Of a stretch of 64,000 bases of DNA, positions 9,473-19,453 are shown piece after piece (position 1 is the first letter of the stretch; each line of letters starts with the position of its first letter). A program made the translations under genes and the position numbers. This DNA comes from a virus (Duplodnaviria > Caudoviricetes). The stretch covers positions 224,001 to 288,000 of the IMG/VR virus record IMGVR_UViG_3300037067_004891; one strand, given 5' to 3'. The notes beneath the pieces are model-generated. The model worked only from the letters and a program-made list of their open reading frames with translations, was not told the origin of the DNA and made no database searches.

Positions 9473-11023
9473 TTATTTCATATGAAAACATATTTCATCT
9501 AACCATCCATTTCTAAGAGAAGAACGATATGCACCCGATGAATTATTTTTAAAATTAGTTTTATTTTTGTATTTTAAAGCTTCTTCTACACATTTATCTA
9601 AAATCCAATAATTAATTGGTTTGTGTAGTTCTACCATATGAGAACATACAACATCCAACCATTTATTTCTTAATGCAGAATTATAAGCACCCGATGAATG
9701 TTTTTTAAAATCACCCTTATATTTATATTTTAAAGCTTCTTTTAAACATATAGATTTAGTATTCCATGCACCATTTTGTTTTTTATGTTTTTTCATATGA
9801 CTACATAATTCGTCAGACCATAAATTTCGATAAATACTGTTATATGCAGAGCCAGATTTAGTTCTAAAATCTTTTATATTATCATATTTTAGAGCTTCTC
9901 TATAACAATTATTTTTATTATTCCAAAAATTCTTTCTTTTTTGACATATTTTCATATGAGAACATACAACATCCAACCATTTATTTCTTAATGCAGAATT
10001 ATAAGCACTTGATGAATATTTTCTAAAATTTGTACGACAATTATATTTTTTAGCTTCTTCTTTACATTTTTCAAAATTCCAGTAACTAACTGGTTTATAT
10101 ATTTCTGTCATATGAGTACATATTTCAGTTAACCACCCATTTTTATAAGCACTTGAATAATATTTTTTAGAATGTTTTATAAATTCATATTTAGAATTAT
10201 ATTTTAAAGCCTCAATTAAACATTTTTCTTTTGTATTTATTATATTTCTACCGCCCAAACTTCCAGTTTTAATTTTATTTAAGACACACCAACCTTCTTT
10301 TTTATATTTAGATACAAAATAATTCTCTAAAATTTGAGCTTTTGATTTATCGACATATCCATCGGTTAATATTTTTAAGGTGGGTTTCAAGCCAGTATTA
10401 TTAATATAGAGAGAAACAGAACTTTTTTTATTATTAATATTTAAATGTGATTTGTTTCTTTCACTTAATTTATATGTCAATCCAACATAAACATGATTAT
10501 CTAAAAATTCATAAGAATAAACTATTCTATGAAATCTATCACCTACAATTTCCATATGAGAACATATTTCATCAATCCAATCGTTTCTAAGTGATGCTTT
10601 ATAAGCACTTCTTGAACCTTTTTGAAAATCTGATTTAGTATTATATTTTAAAGACTCTTTATGACATAAATTTTTATCATTCCAATACCCTGTTGGTTTT
10701 TGCAACTCTATCATATGTGAACAAAGTTCTTCTATCCACTTTTTCTCTAATAATTTAAAATAAACTGTTATATTATTTTCTTTTAGTTCTTTTTTAGTGT
10801 TATATTTTAAAGTAACTTCATGACAATTATTTTTATCATTCCAAAAATTTTTTGTTTTTTTAATTTCTTTCATGTGAGAACATATTTCATCCAACCATTT
10901 ATTTCTAATAGCTGATTTATAAGCACTTCTAAAAAATTTTTGAAATTCTATTTTGTTTTTACAAAGAATTGCAACTTTTAAACATATATCTTTATTATTC
11001 CAATATCCATTTGGATGTCTCAT
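9473..11023 (-). CDS. GIY-YIG endonuclease with eight ~52-aa tandem repeats
   Basis: IVYSYEFLDNHVYVGLT core; 3 repeats before and 5 after (W..K..C..EALKY...F......AY....RN.WLD..CSHM). Confidence 0.85.
   Translation of the reverse strand: MRHPNGYWNNKDICLKVAILCKNKIEFQKFFRSAYKSAIRNKWLDEICSHMKEIKKTKNFWNDKNNCHEVTLKYNTKKELKENNITVYFKLLEKKWIEELCSHMIELQKPTGYWNDKNLCHKESLKYNTKSDFQKGSRSAYKASLRNDWIDEICSHMEIVGDRFHRIVYSYEFLDNHVYVGLTYKLSERNKSHLNINNKKSSVSLYINNTGLKPTLKILTDGYVDKSKAQILENYFVSKYKKEGWCVLNKIKTGSLGGRNIINTKEKCLIEALKYNSKYEFIKHSKKYYSSAYKNGWLTEICTHMTEIYKPVSYWNFEKCKEEAKKYNCRTNFRKYSSSAYNSALRNKWLDVVCSHMKICQKRKNFWNNKNNCYREALKYDNIKDFRTKSGSAYNSIYRNLWSDELCSHMKKHKKQNGAWNTKSICLKEALKYKYKGDFKKHSSGAYNSALRNKWLDVVCSHMVELHKPINYWILDKCVEEALKYKNKTNFKNNSSGAYRSSLRNGWLDEICFHMK
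9635..10008. repeat. Identical 56-bp direct repeat (9635-9690 and 9953-10008)
   Basis: catatgagaacatacaacatccaaccatttatttcttaatgcagaattataagcac occurs twice. Confidence 0.85.
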
Positions 11024-11038
11024 TTCATATTTTATTTT

Positions 11039-11869
11039 TTAAAATCCAAATAATGTATATTGTCCACCTATACCAATATAAACAGAAGGTTTTATATTAC
11101 CATTATAATAAACAGCTCCAACACCAAGTTGTGGCCCGAATGTCCACTTATGCTGTGGTATTAATTTCTTTATAATGTCAGATTTTTGTGGGTCAATCAA
11201 CGAACCTTCTATATTTGTAAATTTTAAATCTGGGTAGTTTGATTTTACAAATATCCTTAATAGTCTATCTTCTTCTTTTAATCCAGTGACAATATTAAAA
11301 GTTAAACCAAAATCAGATAATTCTGAACCCTTTGATATAATACTATTAGTAACAGTATCCAGCACAAAAGATGTTTTACCTTTAATTATTCTAAAATTAT
11401 TTGTATCATATGTTTTTGAAAAATCCCAATATAATGAAGAAACATTTTCTCCATTAATTATCATACTTGTCAAAGAGTCTCTCAATGTCTTATTTTCTTT
11501 TTTTAAATTTGTATTATCAGTTTTCAATTGTGCCAACATATTAGAAATATAAATAACAGTTCCTTTTTGCTTTTCTAATTCATCAGCAAGTTGTTTACTA
11601 AAATCTTCTAATGTTTTTTTAGATGTAATCAGAATTATTTTTTCTTGTTGTAGTTCACCATTTTTATTTTTAACGGTTATTACAGTATCTTGTAATGCCA
11701 CTATATTATTTTGACTTATAAAAGCATCTTTACGTAGATTTTTATTTGATCCACATTGTAATAAAAGTAAAACGAAAAGAAATATAATAACTATAAAGTA
11801 TATTATTTTTTCGTTTTTAGGATTTTTCAAAAAAATCCAATTTTTTTTAAAAATTTCTAAAACTTTCAT
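11039..11869 (-). CDS. Putative spanin-like lysis protein
   Basis: N-terminal TM/lipobox-like LLLQC, a coiled coil, and C-terminal amphipathic beta strands ending YTLFGF; lies near the glucosaminidase gene. Confidence 0.5.
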   Translation of the reverse strand: MKVLEIFKKNWIFLKNPKNEKIIYFIVIIFLFVLLLLQCGSNKNLRKDAFISQNNIVALQDTVITVKNKNGELQQEKIILITSKKTLEDFSKQLADELEKQKGTVIYISNMLAQLKTDNTNLKKENKTLRDSLTSMIINGENVSSLYWDFSKTYDTNNFRIIKGKTSFVLDTVTNSIISKGSELSDFGLTFNIVTGLKEEDRLLRIFVKSNYPDLKFTNIEGSLIDPQKSDIIKKLIPQHKWTFGPQLGVGAVYYNGNIKPSVYIGIGGQYTLFGF

Positions 11870-11886
11870 ATTCAGTCATTTGTTTT

Positions 11887-13632
11887 TTATTTTATTCTCA
11901 TTTTCATTGTTAATGATTTATTCAGTCTTCTAATAAAATGTTGTTTTTGGTATGGTTCGAATGCCTTATTTAAAATAGTAGGAGAACCTGTTCCACTGAA
12001 AGAACCCAAATAAAATACACCATTGAGCCAAGTACCACTACTGAATGAACCATTATACCAAACACCATTATGCCAAGTGCCACCATTAAATATACCACTA
12101 TTAAATGATCCAGTCTCCCAAACACTTTCAAAATCACCGCCTGTAAATACACCATTGAGCCAATTACCACCATAAAAATATGAATTAGTCATAATACCAT
12201 TATACCATGTTCCATTATACCAAAAAGATTGGTCTACTTCACCAAAATAAAAAATTCCATTGTTCCACGTACTATTTTTTATTGTTCCATTGTTGAATAC
12301 CCCATTATTCCAAATAGATGAATTTTCAAATGAACCACCATACCAATTTCCATTCATCCAAGTTGAATTATCAAATATACCATTGTACCAATTTCCGTTT
12401 ATCCAATTACTCATAGTGAATTTACCACCATTGAAAACACCATTATACCAAGTAGCACCACTCCCAAATATACCACCATTGAAAACACCTGTTGTCCAAT
12501 TACCATAAAATGTTCCATTATTAAAAACGCCTGTTGTCCAATTCATACCATTTGAAAATACACCATTATTAAACACACCACCACTCCACAAATTGGAACT
12601 AAATATACCTTTATTAAAAACACCAGTCATCCAAACACCCAAAAACAAATTACCATTAAAAATTCCGTCAATCCATAAACAAGAAGATATGAATGTATCA
12701 CCATTAAAAGTACCTGTATGCCAAGTCATATTTGTTGGTGTATTACTTGATTCCCACACTCCATTATACCAATCAATTGGATTAAAACAATATGTAGAAA
12801 TATTTTCTGGATCGAATACACCATAATACCAAAGTGTTGATATACTATTTATTTTTGTTTTTTTATAATAACCATTAAATATTTTAAAATTATTGACAAA
12901 TTCACACATTTCATAATATCCATTATTAATTATTGGATAGTTTGTGGGAGTACTAATTAAAAATCCAGTTAAAATTGTATTGTAAAAATAACCATTATCG
13001 ATATTTGATAATCCTATATTTATAGGTGTTGTTTTACCCAAAAACACACTATATCCATATGTACCATTATTATATGTATAAAAAGATGATATATCACCAT
13101 TATTAACAACAGTATTTAACGATAATGTTTTATTTGTGTATTTATCAGTTATATTTAAATTGGTTATGATTCCACCCAATACAATACCTTGTATCCATTT
13201 AATATTATTTAATGTATTTGTAATATTAGTATTTTTTAATACAACCCCATTTATTTCACCACCCGTAATAATACTTTCCAGCATAATAGTTTTGGAAATG
13301 AAAAAATTTTCATTGGTTATATTAGAAGTATCAAACAATGTGGAATATAATCTATTTATAACTATGGAATTATTATCAGAATCGACTTCTTTAACCAGAT
13401 ATCCTTGTAGATATTGCTCACATACGATATTTCCATTTCCATTACCACTATTTGCTGTATAATATAAATAATTATCCAGATCGAAATTCGCATCATTTTC
13501 ATCATATGAACAGATATAAATTTTATCTCCAACGACAAAATTACTATTAACATTAGTATACAATTTAATGTAACTATCCTTGTTATCGAATTTTGGTAAT
13601 ACTTTAACAGCATTTGATATATTAGAAATCAT
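11887..13632 (-). CDS. Virion-type protein with W-x-x-G-x-F-x-x-G decapeptide repeats (beta-solenoid)
   Basis: Many WYNGVFNGG / WTTGVFNNG repeats in the C-terminal half. Confidence 0.7.
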   Translation of the reverse strand: MISNISNAVKVLPKFDNKDSYIKLYTNVNSNFVVGDKIYICSYDENDANFDLDNYLYYTANSGNGNGNIVCEQYLQGYLVKEVDSDNNSIVINRLYSTLFDTSNITNENFFISKTIMLESIITGGEINGVVLKNTNITNTLNNIKWIQGIVLGGIITNLNITDKYTNKTLSLNTVVNNGDISSFYTYNNGTYGYSVFLGKTTPINIGLSNIDNGYFYNTILTGFLISTPTNYPIINNGYYEMCEFVNNFKIFNGYYKKTKINSISTLWYYGVFDPENISTYCFNPIDWYNGVWESSNTPTNMTWHTGTFNGDTFISSCLWIDGIFNGNLFLGVWMTGVFNKGIFSSNLWSGGVFNNGVFSNGMNWTTGVFNNGTFYGNWTTGVFNGGIFGSGATWYNGVFNGGKFTMSNWINGNWYNGIFDNSTWMNGNWYGGSFENSSIWNNGVFNNGTIKNSTWNNGIFYFGEVDQSFWYNGTWYNGIMTNSYFYGGNWLNGVFTGGDFESVWETGSFNSGIFNGGTWHNGVWYNGSFSSGTWLNGVFYLGSFSGTGSPTILNKAFEPYQKQHFIRRLNKSLTMKMRIK

Positions 13633-13810
13633 ATAAAAACAATTGTATTTATTTTTACTATATATTAAAAATATTTTTTGGACTTTATTTTTTTAATATA
13701 TAATATAAAATTTTTAAAACTTTTTTATTGAAGCATTATATAAATATTAATTAATAAAGCAAACAAATGCATTTAAGGCAACTTAAAACATTAAAAAAAA
13801 AATAGCAAAC

Positions 13811-14788
13811 ATGAGCGAAAAGAAAGCAAATTTGTTCGAAATGTCAGATGATGACAGCACAATGGATTTCTTAGAAGAAAAGAAAAGAAATGCAGATGGT
13901 ATTTATCGACCATCTCTTACAGATGCAGTAGACAAAAAAGAAGGGTATAAAGCAACAATTCGTTTTTTACCTAATTACAAAAAAAATGGAGAGCTTGGTG
14001 CATCAGCAATCACAAAACATTTGCATTATGCAAAACTTTTAAACAATCCAGACTTAAAAGGATATTACGAATGCAAAAAAAACACACAGACTGATTGTCC
14101 TCTTTGTACAACGTACTGGGAATTATACAATTCTAAAAACGCTGCTGATAAAGAAAAATGTGAATTAATCAAACGTAGTACTAAATTTTACAGTTATATC
14201 TTAGTATTAGAAGATGATAACAACAAAGATTTGGTTGGTAAAATTCTTATTTATCCATTTGGATATAAAATCAGAGAAAAAATTAATGCTCAGAAAAAAG
14301 GTGAACTTGATGGAAGAAAATGTAATATTTTTGATCCAGGTGAAGGTAAAGATTTTCGCCTTATCATAAAGGAAAATAAAACAGCACAAGGAACATTTCC
14401 AAATTATGATGCAAGCAGCTTTCTTGAATCAAGTCCTATTAAAATTAACGGTAAACCATTACCAGTAGAAAAGAATGATGATGGTCATTCTGTTATCACT
14501 AACGAAAAGATTAAAAAAGGTTTACAGGATTTTCTATTAAAAAGAACCGTTGATTTAGACGAGTATAATCCGAAACCTTGGACAGATGAGGAAACAGATA
14601 AAGTTGACAAAATAATTTCACTGATAACAGGTTCTGGTATTTCTGAAGCAAAATCTTCTATTGGTAAAGCATCAAAAGAAACATTTGATACTACATCCGA
14701 AGAAAATTCAAGTGATAATTTTTCTTTCGATAAAGTCGAAGATGATAATAATGATGTTGATGATTTCTTTAATGTTGAAGAAAAATAA
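13811..14788 (+). CDS. Single-stranded DNA-binding protein (T4 gp32-like)
   Basis: ATIRFLP, zinc ligands H...C...CPLC, YSYILV..D, GKILIYPFG, GKDFRL, NYDASSF, acidic tail. Confidence 0.9.
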   Translation: MSEKKANLFEMSDDDSTMDFLEEKKRNADGIYRPSLTDAVDKKEGYKATIRFLPNYKKNGELGASAITKHLHYAKLLNNPDLKGYYECKKNTQTDCPLCTTYWELYNSKNAADKEKCELIKRSTKFYSYILVLEDDNNKDLVGKILIYPFGYKIREKINAQKKGELDGRKCNIFDPGEGKDFRLIIKENKTAQGTFPNYDASSFLESSPIKINGKPLPVEKNDDGHSVITNEKIKKGLQDFLLKRTVDLDEYNPKPWTDEETDKVDKIISLITGSGISEAKSSIGKASKETFDTTSEENSSDNFSFDKVEDDNNDVDDFFNVEEK

Positions 14789-14791
14789 ACA

Positions 14792-15118
14792 TTATATGTT
14801 ATGCGTAATAAAAAGTCCACTAAACAGTGGACTTTTTTTATAACATTGTCTTTTGATAATTCTGATTTTTTTCCTAAACTGTTCTCTAATTAATAAAAAT
14901 ATAATAAAGCAAAATATTAACAAAAATAAAAATAAAAATATAGTAATATACCACATACTATGCAGTATATTATATTTTTTAATCACATCAAACTTTTCGA
15001 AATAATTAGATGCTATTGATAATTCAAAAGATACATAACAAAAGAAACCTTCAATTAGAACAAATAAAGTTGATAATAATATCAATGAATATAAAAAAAT
15101 TTTAGAGGTTTTCATCAT
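14792..15118 (-). CDS. Membrane protein with two TM segments
   Basis: Two hydrophobic segments. Confidence 0.5.
   Translation of the reverse strand: MMKTSKIFLYSLILLSTLFVLIEGFFCYVSFELSIASNYFEKFDVIKKYNILHSMWYITIFLFLFLLIFCFIIFLLIREQFRKKIRIIKRQCYKKSPLFSGLFITHNI
14810..14839. terminator. Bidirectional terminator
   Basis: aaaaagtccact-aaac-agtggacttttt between convergent genes. Confidence 0.75.
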
Positions 15119-15334
15119 TAGATTGTTTTAAATTTTTTATGAAAATTATTCATTGCGAACTATTGTTTACAATTGATACCTTGGTTTGTTTTATGTTTAA
15201 TAAAAAAATTCGATGTTATTATTACAGCCTATATAACATTTTAATTTAAGATTAAAAAATTAAATTCTTATACTTTGATAATTTCGCTCCATTAAATTCA
15301 TTAATAAAAAATCCCAACAATTATAAAATGTTTA

Positions 15335-15838
15335 TTATCTATATTCGAACGTCTGTCCATCTCGTTTATAATCGATATAATGATGATTATCTACGAATTT
15401 AATTTCACCTATCATAAAAGTGTCAACTTCAAATTCGTCAGATTTGGGATTAATTAATACAATTCTTGAATATTCATTCAGAACATCAATAAAAACGGTC
15501 TTGCCCATTTTTTCTTCTTGGGTGTATATTTTACCGTTATCTAATGTTTTTACTGTTGAAAATTCATTTTCACAATCAATAATTATCATAGAATGTTCAA
15601 AATGTCCTCTATACGATTCTAATTCATCAGCAGACATTCCAGACCGAATTTGATTTTTTAGGTCTGTTCCGTGATAATACAAGCTAACAATTAAAAATAA
15701 AAATATAAATAATCCAAGAAAACGTTTTCCCAGTGTAAAAACTGTGATTATAATCTGACCCAACAACTCGATTCCACCTTTGATAACACTCAAAAGGATG
15801 AGAACGATAACCGATATTATTATAATTTTTACTATCAT
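15335..15838 (-). CDS. Membrane protein
   Basis: Hydrophobic N-terminal helices followed by a soluble domain. Confidence 0.6.
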   Translation of the reverse strand: MIVKIIIISVIVLILLSVIKGGIELLGQIIITVFTLGKRFLGLFIFLFLIVSLYYHGTDLKNQIRSGMSADELESYRGHFEHSMIIIDCENEFSTVKTLDNGKIYTQEEKMGKTVFIDVLNEYSRIVLINPKSDEFEVDTFMIGEIKFVDNHHYIDYKRDGQTFEYR

Positions 15839-15973
15839 ATCTCTATATTTTTAATATTATTATTAAACAAATATACAATCACATGTTGATAAAAAAAAAT
15901 CGTAGAGTATATATTTGTTATTTGAAATTTTTATATATATTGTCAAATAAAAAAAAAATAAAAGATTTTTTAC

Positions 15974-16900
15974 ATGTTGTCAACATATAAACAATTTACA
16001 ATTAAATTATTAGAAAAAAGTTCACTAACAGCACTTGGTGTACCAAAGGAAGTGATGCAGAATATACAAAAAGATTATGCATTACGACCAGATGCTGATT
16101 GGGTAGAATACACATTAAAAAAGAATATTAAAGATGAATTAATCAAAAATAAAAATGTTTTATTTGTTCAAATTGGTGATGATTCAATAAAAATATATTG
16201 TTCTGTGTATGAAAATAAAAGAAAATTTTATTTAATAGATAGATATATAAAATATATAGGTGAATGGGGTGAACACTGGGAAAAAAATAATAGAGAAGGT
16301 ATAACATTAACTCAATTATTAATTGAAATAAATAGTGAACCAAAATATAAAAAATATAAATTAAAAGATGATATTTTTTCTGTTGTAAAAAGTGATATAA
16401 GAAATATCGAAAAATCTGAAAAAGAATTCGAAAATTTTAACATACAATTTAAAAAATATTTGATAAATTATTTTACAAAAGTTCTTAAAAATTCTCACTC
16501 TAAAGCTTCTAAGCGAATAGAAAAGACAATAATTAATAATTTAGCTAAAGTTAAAATTGATTTAACACCAGAAGATATAAAACAGGTGTTGTATCAAAAT
16601 GTCGATCTGGCAACAAAAACAAAAAAACATCAACAAAAAGCGGAAGATATACCCAAATATAAATTGGATAATGAAGAAGTTCAGTTTAATTCTCTAACAA
16701 TTTTCAATGAGTTTTTACTTCAGTTTGAAGAAGAATATTCAGAAAAGTATAATGAATATTATACTGTGAAAAATTTGGTTGAAAAATACTCCAAAGATAA
16801 AATAATATCAGCCTTCATTTATTACCTTTACACTGGTTCATTAATGGATTTGAATAGTTACAAACCAATTGGTGAATTAGATGATTTGTTTAATTTTTAA
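15974..16900 (+). CDS. CTS-tagged hypothetical protein
   Basis: Leader MLSTYKQF..KLLEK; 308 aa. Confidence 0.65.
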   Translation: MLSTYKQFTIKLLEKSSLTALGVPKEVMQNIQKDYALRPDADWVEYTLKKNIKDELIKNKNVLFVQIGDDSIKIYCSVYENKRKFYLIDRYIKYIGEWGEHWEKNNREGITLTQLLIEINSEPKYKKYKLKDDIFSVVKSDIRNIEKSEKEFENFNIQFKKYLINYFTKVLKNSHSKASKRIEKTIINNLAKVKIDLTPEDIKQVLYQNVDLATKTKKHQQKAEDIPKYKLDNEEVQFNSLTIFNEFLLQFEEEYSEKYNEYYTVKNLVEKYSKDKIISAFIYYLYTGSLMDLNSYKPIGELDDLFNF

Positions 16901-16981
16901 TATTAATCAAACAATCCATATATTTACAGATATAATAAAAATATATTCAATAATACAATTTTGTAAAAATATTAATAACAA

Positions 16982-17368
16982 ATGACACAACCACCTAAAT
17001 TGATATGGAAATATCGATATATAAATGGGGGGAATATAGTAACTCCATATGAATTTATAAACAGAATACCTGATAAACATAATAGGTGGATGATTGTTGG
17101 TTACGCAACAATGAAAACTAAAGCTATGCCATATTATAAGATATTTGGTAAAGCAATCCATATACCAATGGTTACAATTCAACAAAAGGGGTGTATTGTT
17201 ACAATATCATCATCAATAGATAATTTTTGTGGTCACTTTTCAAATATTAAAGATGCTAATATAGGATATAGTGATTCATATTTTTATGGTGAAACCCCGA
17301 ATGAAGTTATGTTGAAAATTCAAGAAGCTTTTGAACAAACATATAAATGTTTTTTAAATTTTATATAA
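16982..17368 (+). CDS. Hypothetical protein
   Basis: First ORF of a tightly packed + strand operon. Confidence 0.55.
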   Translation: MTQPPKLIWKYRYINGGNIVTPYEFINRIPDKHNRWMIVGYATMKTKAMPYYKIFGKAIHIPMVTIQQKGCIVTISSSIDNFCGHFSNIKDANIGYSDSYFYGETPNEVMLKIQEAFEQTYKCFLNFI

Positions 17369-17369
17369 G

Positions 17370-17777
17370 ATGACAGAAAGAAAAATAGATTTTACAGTAG
17401 TAGTAGATTATATATTTAAAAATAAAAACAAATATTTAGAACTTTCGGATGCTGATAAAGAAATAGCATTTTTCATGATCAACAGGAAATTTTCAGCATA
17501 TTATCCAAGTGATGCTAAAAAACTAAATTATAAAATAGTTAATCGTGCATCTGCTATTGATATATGGTTTAAAGCGTTTAAAAAAACAAATGATATTCCT
17601 TTTTGGTATTGGACTAAAGTTGAAAAAAAAGAAAGTAAAAAAATTTCTAAAAGTGATATAGATATATTTTTAAAATATAATAAGGATATAAATCCTCGTT
17701 ATCTCGATTTTATCATAAATTTTTACGAAGAAGACATGAAAACAGAAATTAAAAAATTAAAAAAATATGAAATATAA
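17370..17777 (+). CDS. Putative clamp-loader small subunit (T4 gp62-like)
   Basis: FFMINRKFS..YP..A..LN resembles gp62 FMINRALS..P; size fits. Confidence 0.45.
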   Translation: MTERKIDFTVVVDYIFKNKNKYLELSDADKEIAFFMINRKFSAYYPSDAKKLNYKIVNRASAIDIWFKAFKKTNDIPFWYWTKVEKKESKKISKSDIDIFLKYNKDINPRYLDFIINFYEEDMKTEIKKLKKYEI

Positions 17778-18042
17778 TAAAACATTTTCACAATTACTTA
17801 TAATCTGGAAAAGTGAATTGGAGTCGAACATCGAACATATCAAACATTTAAAAACCCTCCCTGAATATTATGATTTTATACAAATTGATTTATTAGATTC
17901 CAAAACCCGCATAAAATTCATTTTAGAACAGATTGATTTTTTTAATAACCCATTAAACCAAGAAGAAGAATACGACTTTTCAACAATTAATATAATACTT
18001 GACCAAAATATTGATTTCTTAAAAGAAAACAAGTTAATTTAA
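17767..18042 (+). CDS. Hypothetical protein
   Basis: Overlaps the upstream stop codon. Confidence 0.55.
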   Translation: MKYNKTFSQLLIIWKSELESNIEHIKHLKTLPEYYDFIQIDLLDSKTRIKFILEQIDFFNNPLNQEEEYDFSTINIILDQNIDFLKENKLI

Positions 18043-18108
18043 TATATAGAGTATAAAATAATTATACTTTATTTCTTCAAATAAAAATACAAAAAATTTT
18101 CATTTTTA

Positions 18109-18888
18109 ATGAATAAGAATAATAGGATTCTCATTCTTAATCAACAGGATGTTATTGGTTCATCTCTTTATCATAAATTAATTTCTAATAAATTTAATGT
18201 TATAGATTCGAGTGACTTAGATTTTAATAATGATAACGAAATGAAAGAGTTCATATTTGCTACAAAACCAGAATATTGTTTTATAACATTATTGGACAAA
18301 GATTGTGAACAAAAAATTATAAACCATCTAATAAACATTCGTTGTAAAAAGATAATTAATTATTTAAACATCGATGAAATTTCATATTTCACAACATTAC
18401 AACAACAATCATTAATCACAGTATTAATTGATGAAATTTATGGAGATAATGATGAATATAATTTCGAGACATGTAGTTTATTTTCTGGTATATTGAGACA
18501 AATACATGAATCTAACTTATATAATAACCCAATACTTTATATCGATATCGAAAACAATAGGAAAAGAAATTTTATATATAGTGATGATTTAACAAACGCA
18601 TCTATTTATATTATGGATAATTTTGAAACCAACACCATCTTAGATTTAAGAACAGGTTCTAATTTAAATTCTAAATGTTTAGCGGATTTGATAAAAGAAT
18701 GTTTAAATTATAATGGAGAAATAATATTTCATAATCATAATAATTATCCTCGAAATAAAATCAAGTATATTAGACCAATTAAAAAATTAGACTGGATGCC
18801 TAAAATAACAATAAAACAAGGTATTCGTAAAATATATTCGAAATTAATAGATGTAAACAAATATTTTTTTATATCATCAATATTTTAA
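18109..18888 (+). CDS. Degenerate GDP-L-fucose synthase-like (extended SDR) protein
   Basis: IYGDNDEY, RNFIYSDDL, LDWMPKITIKQGI match the Fcl/WcaG layout; GxxGxxG and YxxxK are eroded. Confidence 0.7.
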   Translation: MNKNNRILILNQQDVIGSSLYHKLISNKFNVIDSSDLDFNNDNEMKEFIFATKPEYCFITLLDKDCEQKIINHLINIRCKKIINYLNIDEISYFTTLQQQSLITVLIDEIYGDNDEYNFETCSLFSGILRQIHESNLYNNPILYIDIENNRKRNFIYSDDLTNASIYIMDNFETNTILDLRTGSNLNSKCLADLIKECLNYNGEIIFHNHNNYPRNKIKYIRPIKKLDWMPKITIKQGIRKIYSKLIDVNKYFFISSIF

Positions 18889-19418
18889 TTCGTCCAAGGT
18901 TTCTTACAATTCTTTATTTTTAATTCAACTTCACTTCTAATATTTTCATCAGTTATATATTCCAAATATTTTTTATAAAAAAACTCTACTGGATAATCAG
19001 CATTAATCAAACAATAAATATCACCCAAATAAGAAAATATAATAGGTGGTACACCATTTTCATAAATAGAATTTAAATAATTTGGATTTATACATTCGGC
19101 AGCATACGAAAAATAATATAAAGCTGAATTATATAATCCTCTCTTATAAAAACATAATCCCAAACGATAATTAAAATTATAATTATAAGGGTCACTATCA
19201 AAAAGTTTTGAATACATTTTATATGCTTTTTTATAATGTCCAGCATAATAATGCTGGTTGGCTTCAGCGTAATAATAAACATATAAATCGAGGTCTAAAT
19301 CTGATTTTAAAACTCTTTCTTTATCAATAACTATAATACCTTTCAAAGAATCAGGTATTGTTTGAGATAATATACTAAGACTAAACATCATCAATAATAA
19401 AAAATAAAACAATTTCAT
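18885..19418 (-). CDS. Secreted TPR protein
   Basis: Signal peptide; DPYNYNFNYRLGLCFY and YLGDIY are TPR-like. Confidence 0.7.
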   Translation of the reverse strand: MKLFYFLLLMMFSLSILSQTIPDSLKGIIVIDKERVLKSDLDLDLYVYYYAEANQHYYAGHYKKAYKMYSKLFDSDPYNYNFNYRLGLCFYKRGLYNSALYYFSYAAECINPNYLNSIYENGVPPIIFSYLGDIYCLINADYPVEFFYKKYLEYITDENIRSEVELKIKNCKKPWTN

Positions 19419-19453
19419 AATTCATTAGCTATATTTTTAATACAACTATATAT

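Noticed and set aside
9635-10008. 56-bp direct repeat as a DGR template/variable pair or att site
   Set aside because: The copies are identical and match protein repeat units.
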